Shown here one piece after another: positions 1 through 8,242 of a stretch of 26,849 nt of DNA (position 1 is its first letter; every line of letters starts with the position of its first letter). Both the position numbers and the translations under genes were made by a program. The notes under the pieces are model-generated. The model ran no database searches. It was not told where the DNA came from and saw only the letters and a list, made by a program, of their open reading frames with translations. This DNA is from Campylobacterales bacterium (GTDB lineage Bacteria; Campylobacterota; Campylobacteria; Campylobacterales; QNZT01). The stretch lies in NCBI GenBank assembly GCA_026985685.1, contig JALSQA010000402.1, positions 1 to 26,849 on the forward strand. The letters are read 5' to 3'.

Positions 1-1
1 G

Positions 2-610
2 TACTGGAAAAGAAGATTACAAAATCTCAATGAAAAGAGAAAACGACTTGAGAAAAGAACAAAAACAACAAATATCATGGGTGATCTTGATGACCTTGAA
101 GCCCAGGCTGAAAATGCACAAACTATGCTTGATAGCATGAAAGTGATGATCAAACAAGCCAATATCAAAGCTAAACAGATGGCATCTGTATATAATTATC
201 TCAAGATGAAAGCCCCATCTGATGGTGTTATAGTTATGAAAAACATCAAAGTTGGTGATATGGTAATGCCTGGTATGCTAACGATCATGATGGTTGATAC
301 AGAAGATTTAGCAATTGATATCTCTATACCAGCTAGTACATTAAAACTAGTACGTGTAGGACAAAAAGTAGATGTACTTATAGATGCTTTTCATTTTCGT
401 ACAAAAGGAGTCGTTGATGCAATCATACCAGATGCAAATCCAATGACACATAAAATAAAAATGCGTGTAACATTTAACAAAAAAGATGAGAACATACTTC
501 CTGGTATGTATGCAAAAGTAATCGTAAACTCAGAAGAATATTTAGAAACAAAAACTAAAGAGAAACAAAAAAAAGAAAAATCTACATTACATCCTCTTAA
601 ACTTGATTAA
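2..610 (+). CDS. RND efflux periplasmic adaptor (MFP), 5'-truncated by the window edge
   Basis: Frame is open from base 2 (YWKRRLQNLNEK...) into the ORF-track protein. Coiled-coil followed by lipoyl-half motif 'YNYLKMKAPSDGVIV..KNIKVGDMV.PG' and beta-barrel 'AIIPDANPMTH...PGMYAKV'. Lys/Glu-rich C-terminal tail. Confidence 0.9.
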   Translation, partial: YWKRRLQNLNEKRKRLEKRTKTTNIMGDLDDLEAQAENAQTMLDSMKVMIKQANIKAKQMASVYNYLKMKAPSDGVIVMKNIKVGDMVMPGMLTIMMVDTEDLAIDISIPASTLKLVRVGQKVDVLIDAFHFRTKGVVDAIIPDANPMTHKIKMRVTFNKKDENILPGMYAKVIVNSEEYLETKTKEKQKKEKSTLHPLKLD

Positions 611-619
611 CAGAGTAAG

Positions 620-656
620 TTTAACTTAATGGCACCTACAATGCCATTAAGTTAAA
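620..656. terminator. Perfect 15-bp hairpin, probable intrinsic terminator of the + strand MFP gene (possibly bidirectional)
   Basis: tttaacttaatggca (620-634) / cctacaa loop / tgccattaagttaaa (642-656), 10 nt after the stop and followed by A and T tracts. Confidence 0.7.
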
Positions 657-678
657 AAAATTTTTTGGAAGTCTTGCT

Positions 679-770
679 TGGGCTAGACTCCTACAAGATG
701 GGACTAAAGTCTCCATTGCCAAGAATGATAATTCTTTAATTTATATTAGAAGCGGAAACTTTAGTCCCCA
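679..770. repeat. Degenerate REP/REPIN-like inverted repeat
   Basis: gggactaaagtctcc (700-714) pairs 14/15 with ggaaactttagtccc (754-768) across a 39-nt spacer. The adjacent tgggctagactcctac (679-694) reads GTAG-start on the minus strand. Confidence 0.45.
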
Positions 771-849
771 ATTTACACTTTTTAGTTTAAAAATATTTGT
801 GGACAACGCTAAGATCAGAACAGAAAATATATAAGCATAATGAAAATAT

Positions 850-889
850 AAAAGTTATAAGTTTATTTATAGTTCAACTTATAACTTTT
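850..889. terminator. Perfect 14-bp hairpin, probable terminator of the minus-strand efflux operon
   Basis: aaaagttataagtt (850-863) / 12-nt loop / aacttataactttt (876-889), with T-rich runs on both strands. Confidence 0.6.
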
Positions 890-897
890 TTTAACAT

Positions 898-932
898 AAT
901 CATAATCTAAATATATAAATTAGATTATGATT
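898..932. repeat. Perfect 13-bp AT-rich inverted repeat immediately after the RND stop codon
   Basis: aatcataatctaa (898-910) / 9-nt loop / ttagattatgatt (920-932). Confidence 0.6.
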
Positions 933-936
933 TTAT

Positions 937-2607
937 TTAGATAGCTTTCGTATTGTACATCAATACAGGAACAAATATCAATGAAACAGCTACAGCAGCA
1001 ACTGTTCCAGATATCAAAGCAACACCCAAACCACCAAAGATAGGATCAGTTGCTAACAATGCCGAACCTAGTATAATAGCTACAGCAGTTAAAAAGATAG
1101 GTTTTGCCCTCGTTGCTGTTGCTACTGCAATAGCTTCACGTTTTTCCATGCCTTTATCTTGCATCAATGATTTGGTAAAATCGATCAATAAAAGAGAGTT
1201 TCTTGAGCTAATACCCATCAAAGCAATAAAACCAATCAAAGATGTTGCCGTTAAGAAAAATGTGTCTGTCGTAACCAAATCAGCTACCCAGTGCCCAATA
1301 ATTACACCAATAATAGATAAGAAACTACCACCTAATATAATACCGCTAATCGCAAAACTTTTATAATAAATTACTAATAATAAGAAGATTAAAACCAATG
1401 CAGCAATAAAAGCTCCACCCAAATCTCTAAAAGTATCAAGAGAGACTTTCATCTCACCATCCCAGCGAAGTAGATATTTCTCACCTGTTTTTTTATCTAC
1501 TAAATGTAAATCAAACATATATGTAGACATACCAGGCTCTTTTGTTACAATATAATCTTTAGAAAACTCTTTAATCATCTTATCTCTAGCATCAAGCAAT
1601 GGATATAACTGTGATTGCATATCTGTTTCTGCTAAAACATTAAGCATTTTTTTCAAATCTTTTGAAAATATTGTTGGAGAATTTTTTACTTCTACGATAT
1701 TTACAAGTTCATTTACAGGTACCATCATACCTTTTTGATTCATAAGGCGTAGTGATGATAATTTCGCATCTAAAGCATCACGGGATTTTTCATCAATTTT
1801 TTTAGATTTATCCAACACTACAAACAGAGGTATTTGGTCAGGAGAGTTTTGTGAATTTTTAACAGCAACAGACATACCTTCAAACGCTAAATAAAGAATA
1901 TTATTTAACTGTTTCAAAGAGACTCCAGATCTTGCTATTTTTTCAGAGTCAGCTATCAATTCATACTTTTTGTACATTTCATCTTGCATTATATCTACAT
2001 CAACTAAGCCATCTGTTTTAACTAATATATCTTTAACTTTTTGAGCCATGCTTCTGATGGATTTAGCATTTTCTCCATAAACTTCTACGACTATTGAAGC
2101 CATAGTAGGAGGACCTGCTGGCTGTTCAATCATCTTGATGCTAGTTTGAGGTACAAGTGTTTGACATTTTGAATGAATTATAGGTCTAAGTCTTTCCACC
2201 ATCAAATATGAAGGCTCTTCTCTATGATGCTTATCTGTTAAATTAACAACAATTTCAGCCATGTTTTCACCCTGCTTCAATGATGAGCCCTTAACCAAAC
2301 CAGCATAATCTAATGGAGCACCTTGACCTAAGAAAACTTCACTATTTACAACAGCCTTTTCGTGAGTTAATACATCTATTACACAATCTGTTATTTTATG
2401 AGTTTGCTCTATCGAACTACCAGAGGGTGCATCCACATATATAGAGAATGTATTAGCACTTTTTCCAGGAAGCATCCTTGCCAAAACTAACTTTGTAGGC
2501 AACATCATGATAGAAGCACCAAGTGCAACAAATGTTAAAATAATAACCATTAAACGTTTTTTACGTACGCCATTAACATTATATATAAATTTTTCTAGCC
2601 ACTTCAT
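937..2607 (-). CDS. RND (AcrB/CusA-like) efflux permease, C-terminal half (TM7-12 plus second periplasmic lobe)
   Basis: 556 aa. N-terminal TM, large periplasmic region ('GPP', 'VDVD'), five C-terminal TMs with 'SLIGFIALMGISSRNSLLLIDF' (TM10) and 'RAKPIFLT' (TM11). GGAG SD 7 nt upstream of ATG; ATGA overlap with the upstream gene. Confidence 0.9.
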   Translation of the reverse strand: MKWLEKFIYNVNGVRKKRLMVIILTFVALGASIMMLPTKLVLARMLPGKSANTFSIYVDAPSGSSIEQTHKITDCVIDVLTHEKAVVNSEVFLGQGAPLDYAGLVKGSSLKQGENMAEIVVNLTDKHHREEPSYLMVERLRPIIHSKCQTLVPQTSIKMIEQPAGPPTMASIVVEVYGENAKSIRSMAQKVKDILVKTDGLVDVDIMQDEMYKKYELIADSEKIARSGVSLKQLNNILYLAFEGMSVAVKNSQNSPDQIPLFVVLDKSKKIDEKSRDALDAKLSSLRLMNQKGMMVPVNELVNIVEVKNSPTIFSKDLKKMLNVLAETDMQSQLYPLLDARDKMIKEFSKDYIVTKEPGMSTYMFDLHLVDKKTGEKYLLRWDGEMKVSLDTFRDLGGAFIAALVLIFLLLVIYYKSFAISGIILGGSFLSIIGVIIGHWVADLVTTDTFFLTATSLIGFIALMGISSRNSLLLIDFTKSLMQDKGMEKREAIAVATATRAKPIFLTAVAIILGSALLATDPIFGGLGVALISGTVAAVAVSLIFVPVLMYNTKAI

Positions 2608-4274
2608 GAATGATCTCCGCCTTTTTTATCTTTTTGAAAATGGTGGTGATGATGATGCAATTTTGGTTTTTTGAGCATCTTATTTGCCAAATATGGTGTA
2701 AATATATATGCTACTACCAAAGAAGCAAAAAGAGCGACTGGTACATTATAAGGAATTGGTTTCATAAATTCACCCATCATTCCACCAACAAATGCCATAG
2801 GTACCATTGTCAAGATAATCGCCAGTGTTGCTATGTTTGTCGGTGCACCAATTTCATCTGTTGCAGTAACCATGATTTCATCAATTTCTCTATCAACAGC
2901 ATCGTGTTCATGCATATGTCTATGAATATTTTCAATAACAATAATAGCTGCATCAACCAGCAAACCAAGACTGAGTAAAAATGCAAATAGAGTAATCCTA
3001 TTAATCGTCTGTCCTGTAAGATAAGCGATAAAAAGTGTAACAGCCAAAATAGCAGGTACAGTAAATGTCACAATCAATGACTCTTTCCAACCAAGAGCTA
3101 AAACCAAAACAACTGCAATAATCAAAATAGTAATAACCAAGTGATGAACCAATTCATTTACCGCTTCATCCGCTCTTACACCATAATTTCTTGTTACTAC
3201 GTACCCTATTCCTTCTTTTGCCAATTCTTCATCATATTTCTTTAACTCTTCGATAACACCTTCAGCAACAAATACAGCATTTGTTCCTTTGAGTTTTGCA
3301 ACACTTAAGGTTATTTGTTCTTTCTTTTGATCAAATTTTCCAAACGTATGTTCTTCCTCATCACCTGTACTCTTTTTTTCTTCTCTTTGTATGATCTCAG
3401 CTGATTTATAATTTTGTACATCATAAGAATCTTCAACTGTAGCAACATCTTTTAGATAAATAGGAGAATTCATGTAAGAAGCAACAATAACATTTTTAAC
3501 ATCTTCGACACTATTGATCGCATTTTTGACACCAAAGATTGTTAATTCGTTGTCTTTTGTTCTTCCCTTTACATCAGGCACATTTACCGCCAATGCTTGT
3601 ACAGCTTGCATTATTTGCCCCAAAGACAGATGATAACCTGATAGTTTATATAAATCTACTTTGATATTAAACTGTTCTTTATGATCACCTTTTAGTGTTG
3701 TCTTAGATACGTTTTCAACAGAGTTAAAATCATTTTGTATTTTACGGACTTTTTTAAATAAATCAACACGATTTAGTGGTGAGCCATCCTTCAAATAAAA
3801 AGCAAATGTTAAAATAGGAACATCAATATCAATATCAAAAGGGCGGATTAACGGCTGCATAGCACCTTTTGGTAACTGATCCATATTTTGCATCACTTTA
3901 TCGTAAAGTTTTAAGTTTGAATCTTCACGATTTTCACCAATTTTATACATGACATTGATAATACCTACATTATCTGCTGCCATACCGTAAATATGTTTTA
4001 GACCAGATATCTCTCGCAATTTTCTCTCAAGCGGTTTTACGATGATATTATCAATCTCTTCAGGTGTTGAACCTGGTAAAGGAACTATAATAGTACCACC
4101 ACTAATAGCAATTTGGGGATCTTCTTCACGAGGCATTACCACCAATGACAAATATCCCATAGCCAATAAAAAAACCGCTAAAATCGGAGTTAAAGGGTTA
4201 TAGATAAATACCTTCGCCAATCGTCCAGCAACATCAGTTACAGGAACCTTGGCAATCTCTTCTTCTTTGTTCAT
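2604..4274 (-). CDS. RND efflux permease, N-terminal half (TM1-6 plus first periplasmic lobe), His6 tail
   Basis: 556 aa. 'MPREEDPQI' after TM1, TM4 relay motif 'GLLVDAAIIVIENI', TM5-6 'PMAFVGGMMGEFMKPIP...FTPYL', ends LHHHHHHFQKDKKGGDHS. Confidence 0.9.
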   Translation of the reverse strand: MNKEEEIAKVPVTDVAGRLAKVFIYNPLTPILAVFLLAMGYLSLVVMPREEDPQIAISGGTIIVPLPGSTPEEIDNIIVKPLERKLREISGLKHIYGMAADNVGIINVMYKIGENREDSNLKLYDKVMQNMDQLPKGAMQPLIRPFDIDIDVPILTFAFYLKDGSPLNRVDLFKKVRKIQNDFNSVENVSKTTLKGDHKEQFNIKVDLYKLSGYHLSLGQIMQAVQALAVNVPDVKGRTKDNELTIFGVKNAINSVEDVKNVIVASYMNSPIYLKDVATVEDSYDVQNYKSAEIIQREEKKSTGDEEEHTFGKFDQKKEQITLSVAKLKGTNAVFVAEGVIEELKKYDEELAKEGIGYVVTRNYGVRADEAVNELVHHLVITILIIAVVLVLALGWKESLIVTFTVPAILAVTLFIAYLTGQTINRITLFAFLLSLGLLVDAAIIVIENIHRHMHEHDAVDREIDEIMVTATDEIGAPTNIATLAIILTMVPMAFVGGMMGEFMKPIPYNVPVALFASLVVAYIFTPYLANKMLKKPKLHHHHHHFQKDKKGGDHS

Positions 4275-4286
4275 AAAAGTTCCTTT

Positions 4287-5084
4287 CTACTCTTCAAATG
4301 TGATTTTTGTATACAACCCTGGATAAACAATCTTACCCTCTGTATCAAATGTAATTTTTACTTTAAATGTATGTGTCATAGGGTTTGAACTTGGAATGAT
4401 AGCTGATATCTTACCCTCATTATCTATTTTTACTGAAGGTATATTAACATGGACTTTTTTTCCAATCTTGATAAAGTGTAAATTCTTTTCAGACACTTCT
4501 GTCACAATACGTAAACGACTTAAATCTGTTAAGACCATTGCAGGCATTCCAGGCATTGCCATTTCACCAGAATTTATATTTTTTTGAACAATAACACCAT
4601 CATTTGGTGCTTTTACTTTCAAATAATTATATTGATTCAAAACTTCCTGTAGACGTGCTTTTGCCTGTTGTACTTGTTTTCTGGCTACTTTAACCATGTC
4701 ACGAAGATTTTTTTCCATCAACTCAATACCTTCATACTGAGCTTTAGAGATAATACCCTTAGCACGTAAACGTCTATTTCTTTGTAAATTTAATAATGCA
4801 TTACTGTGTTGATTTTGATACATTTGTAAAGATAAAAGAGCTTGTTGAATGGCAAGTTCAACTTGTGACTTTGCACTATCGATCTCTTTTGAATCGATTT
4901 CATATAAAAGATCACCTTTTTTAACACGATCACCTTCTGATACTGTTACATTTTTTACAAATCCCATATAACGGCTTGTAATCATTTTTCTATTGTCAGA
5001 TACTACTGTACCTGATAAATCCAATTTTGTTGCATAAGCATATGCACTAAGTATTGCTAATAATAATATTAATTTTTTCATCAT
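4287..5084 (-). CDS. RND efflux periplasmic adaptor (MFP), short form
   Basis: 265 aa. Signal peptide (AYA), lipoyl halves 'GFVKNVTVSEGDRVKKGDLL' and 'KAPNDGVIV', coiled-coil hairpin, beta-barrel 'NPMTHTFKVK...PGLY'. Confidence 0.9.
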   Translation of the reverse strand: MMKKLILLLAILSAYAYATKLDLSGTVVSDNRKMITSRYMGFVKNVTVSEGDRVKKGDLLYEIDSKEIDSAKSQVELAIQQALLSLQMYQNQHSNALLNLQRNRRLRAKGIISKAQYEGIELMEKNLRDMVKVARKQVQQAKARLQEVLNQYNYLKVKAPNDGVIVQKNINSGEMAMPGMPAMVLTDLSRLRIVTEVSEKNLHFIKIGKKVHVNIPSVKIDNEGKISAIIPSSNPMTHTFKVKITFDTEGKIVYPGLYTKITFEE

Positions 5085-5089
5085 CTCTC

Positions 5090-6526
5090 CTAATATGCAA
5101 GTCTATAGACTTCTAAGATTTTTTGGTTACGAACATTTTGTGTTTTTAATAAATTCAATAATTTTTCAATTTGCAAAGATTGCTTAATCACTACATCATT
5201 AATGGATGCGAGTCCCTCTTTATAACGTTCTTGATAATTTGTATAAATTTCCTGAGCTAATTCTAGCTCTTTTTTAAGACTTTGGACTTGCTTATCGGCA
5301 TTGGCTATTTCAGTAGTTATTTTTTTGTATTTTAACGCAATACCTTTTTTTGCCAATTCTACTTGTCTTTTTACTTTAAGACGTTTTAATTTTTCTTGTT
5401 CTAATTTATTGGCATCAACACCACCATTAAAAACATTTAATTTAGCTTGCACACCAAAGGTATATCTATCATGATCTTTAAAATCACCTAAAAATGTATT
5501 GTCACTACTGCCATACTCAACAAAAGCACCAACTTCAGGTTTAAAAGAAGCACTACTTACATCAACCATTTTTGATTGAATTTTTAAGCCAAGTTCTGCT
5601 TTTTTGATATCACGATTTCGTTTTAATACATTTTTTAATGGAATTTGACAATCAAAAGTATCTAAGGATACATGTTTAATTGATTTTACTTCATGATCTA
5701 ATAAAAAGGATAGAAAATCATATGAGAGTTCTCTATTTGCACGTGCTTGAAAAAGCATTCTTTCTACATTTGAAAGCTTTGATTCTACTTCCAATAAATC
5801 AGTATTTTTTGCATATCCCTCTTTTTTAAACTCAATTGTTGCATATTTTAAATGTTCAATATTGTTTTTGATTGTAGAGAGATCTTTTTCAAATTTATCC
5901 AATAATGAGATATCATAATATGTTTTACGAACTTCAAAAGATTTTTGAGCTTCAACTTTTTGTTTATCCAGTCTTGCCATCTTAGCCATATTTTGAGCTA
6001 TTTTTTTATAACTAGATAATTTATTACCAGTATAAATAGGAATAGCATACATAAGTTTCACATCAAAATGATTTCTGGCATCTGGGTTATTTAAATTTTT
6101 TGGTACAGTTGACAATAACTGTTTTCCCATATTTGGATCTTGCATAATATTGCTAAAAGCATTAAAATTACCACCAGACATTTGCAAGGCTTGTCCAACA
6201 CCTCCTAAAAACTCATCAAAACCAAAATCACCAAATGTAGCTTCTCTACTTTGTAATTTAAATCCAAAAACATTTCCAGCATCATTTGATCTAAGCCCCA
6301 TTATCGTTGCATCTAATTTACCAAAATTATAACCATTGGCAACTTTGACACCTAATTTAGCAATTTTTCTATCGAATTCTGCTATATCAATTTCAAGATT
6401 CTGCTGATTTGCTAATCTCAATGCCTTTTTTAGAGGAAGATTAGCATATGGTGCAGTATCATTGATGTCATCTGCATATACAAATGAAAAAAGCAGTAAA
6501 ATAGACCAAAGATATCTGTATTTCAT
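5090..6526 (-). CDS. TolC-family outer membrane efflux channel
   Basis: 478 aa. Signal peptide, two OEP repeats ('YAIPIYTGNK', 'LNVFNGG', 'ERYKEGLASINDV'); first gene of a TolC-MFP-RND operon; AGGAG SD. Confidence 0.88.
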   Translation of the reverse strand: MKYRYLWSILLLFSFVYADDINDTAPYANLPLKKALRLANQQNLEIDIAEFDRKIAKLGVKVANGYNFGKLDATIMGLRSNDAGNVFGFKLQSREATFGDFGFDEFLGGVGQALQMSGGNFNAFSNIMQDPNMGKQLLSTVPKNLNNPDARNHFDVKLMYAIPIYTGNKLSSYKKIAQNMAKMARLDKQKVEAQKSFEVRKTYYDISLLDKFEKDLSTIKNNIEHLKYATIEFKKEGYAKNTDLLEVESKLSNVERMLFQARANRELSYDFLSFLLDHEVKSIKHVSLDTFDCQIPLKNVLKRNRDIKKAELGLKIQSKMVDVSSASFKPEVGAFVEYGSSDNTFLGDFKDHDRYTFGVQAKLNVFNGGVDANKLEQEKLKRLKVKRQVELAKKGIALKYKKITTEIANADKQVQSLKKELELAQEIYTNYQERYKEGLASINDVVIKQSLQIEKLLNLLKTQNVRNQKILEVYRLAY

Positions 6527-6602
6527 TGAAACTCCTATATTTTTTATAAATAGTTAAGATTTTACATAAAATAGGCTTACAGGTCTATTAGAAGGCAGAG
6601 AC

Positions 6603-6637
6603 GTACACTAGGGATTTGAATCCAATTTCTAGTGTAC
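6603..6637. repeat. Nested inverted repeat between serA stop and tolC start
   Basis: Outer arms gtacactag (6603-6611) / ctagtgtac (6629-6637) enclose an inner ggatt-tg-aatcc palindrome. Confidence 0.55.
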
Positions 6638-6647
6638 AAAAAAGTTA

Positions 6648-8234
6648 TTAAATAACAGCGTATGAAACCCAGTTACATTCAGGTATAGAAGAGAGTTCAT
6701 TAAGTACATCTTTTGAGATTATATCATCCACTAAGATCACAGCAAGTGCACTTCCTTTTACATCACGACCTAGTCTAAAATCTGCGATATTGATGCTATG
6801 TGTACTTAAGGCTGTAGTAATTTGTGCGATAACACCTGGCTTATCTTGGTTTGAGAAGAAAATCATTTTTCCTTTTGGTTTAAAATCAAGCTTAATATCA
6901 TTGATATTGACAATTTTTTCATAAACATCAGAAAAAACTGTTCCACCAATACGAATCGTTCCATTATCGGTTGTTAAAGTTATTTCAATTTTATTTTTAT
7001 ATTCACTTTGATTTGGAACTTTAGCCGTTACGAGATCAATATTATGCTCTTTAGCTACAAATTCAGCATTTACATAATTTATTTTTTCACCTAGTGACTC
7101 TTTTAATGCACCAACAATTCCAAAAGTACCTAAACTTTCTACATATTCACCAACATCACCTTCAGCTTCGATTTTAAATGTCTTAATATGTCCTACATTT
7201 ACCTGTGCAGCCAGATAGCCAATCTTTTGTGCTAACTCTAAGTACGGCTTAACAAATGATGGTAATTCACTCTCTTTGATTGGTAAATTGAGTGCATTTG
7301 GATAGCTTGTTCCCCTTGCTGCACTGATAGCCTGTTCAACTGCCTGTGTTGCTATTTTTTCTTGAGATTCTAATGTATTTGCTCCTAGATGTGGTGTAAC
7401 TGATATATTTTCTAAATCTAAAAGCTTATTATTTATCGCTGGTTCTTTTACAAATACATCTATACCTGCATAAGCTATCTTACCACTTTTTAGACCATCA
7501 TATAATGCATCTTCATTATATAAACCACCTCTTGCACAATTTATAAGACGAACACCATCTTTCATCTTTGCAATTTCATCAGTGTTTATCATATCTATGG
7601 TCTCTTTATTTTTAGGCGTATGAATCGTAATAAAATCACATGAGAGTATATCTTCAAAATTTTTCGTATACGCCACACCCATATCCAAAGCTTTTGCAGG
7701 ATCAATATATGGATCATATGTCAAAACATCCATTTCAAAAGCCAAAGCTCTTTTTGCTACACGACTTCCGATATTACCAAAACCAATGATTCCAAGCTTC
7801 TTATCTTTAAGTTCAGTGCCATACCATTTTTCACGTTTCCATATACGTTCAAGTTTAAGATGATTATTTGCATTTGGAAAACTTCTAGCAGCACTTAACA
7901 TATGAGCCATTGTCAACTCAACCGCAGCAATAGTATTTGCAGTAGGTACATTCATGACTATAATACCCTTTTTACTACAACCTTCTATATCAACATTATC
8001 GACACCTACACCAGCTCTCACAATCGCTTTGATATTATCTGATTTATCTAAGAATTTTTGATCTACATCAGTAGAACTTCTAGTAATTGCAACATCATAC
8101 TCACCTATAACATCTAACAATTTATCTTTATCCATATCTGATGCGTCGATATAGTCTATATCACTTTCAGATGCCAGAATATCCAAACCTTTTTGATGTA
8201 TTTTGTCACAAACAATAACTTTTTTTATTTGCAT
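6648..8234 (-). CDS. serA: D-3-phosphoglycerate dehydrogenase (long form with ASB and ACT domains)
   Basis: 'RAGVGVDNVD', 'GIIGFGNIG', 'INCARGGL', 'TPHLGANT' and C-terminal ACT 'DKPGVIAQI'. Confidence 0.97.
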   Translation of the reverse strand: MQIKKVIVCDKIHQKGLDILASESDIDYIDASDMDKDKLLDVIGEYDVAITRSSTDVDQKFLDKSDNIKAIVRAGVGVDNVDIEGCSKKGIIVMNVPTANTIAAVELTMAHMLSAARSFPNANNHLKLERIWKREKWYGTELKDKKLGIIGFGNIGSRVAKRALAFEMDVLTYDPYIDPAKALDMGVAYTKNFEDILSCDFITIHTPKNKETIDMINTDEIAKMKDGVRLINCARGGLYNEDALYDGLKSGKIAYAGIDVFVKEPAINNKLLDLENISVTPHLGANTLESQEKIATQAVEQAISAARGTSYPNALNLPIKESELPSFVKPYLELAQKIGYLAAQVNVGHIKTFKIEAEGDVGEYVESLGTFGIVGALKESLGEKINYVNAEFVAKEHNIDLVTAKVPNQSEYKNKIEITLTTDNGTIRIGGTVFSDVYEKIVNINDIKLDFKPKGKMIFFSNQDKPGVIAQITTALSTHSINIADFRLGRDVKGSALAVILVDDIISKDVLNELSSIPECNWVSYAVI

Positions 8235-8242
8235 GATTTCCC

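Noticed and set aside
2604-2630. Calling the two RND halves a frameshifted pseudogene
   Set aside because: The split falls in the inter-repeat linker, with ATGA coupling, a properly spaced GGAG SD and intact functional motifs. A homopolymer error is kept only as an explicit test.
937-4274. Both RND halves being exactly 556 aa
   Set aside because: Similar lengths follow from RND internal pseudo-symmetry; exact equality is most likely coincidence, and I saw no recent DNA-level duplication.
6527-6647. A DccR-type box at the efflux promoter (the C. jejuni DccR regulon includes an efflux operon)
   Set aside because: No TTCAC-N6-TTCAC is present on either strand; the ttaca/tgtaa repeats have 15-nt spacing.
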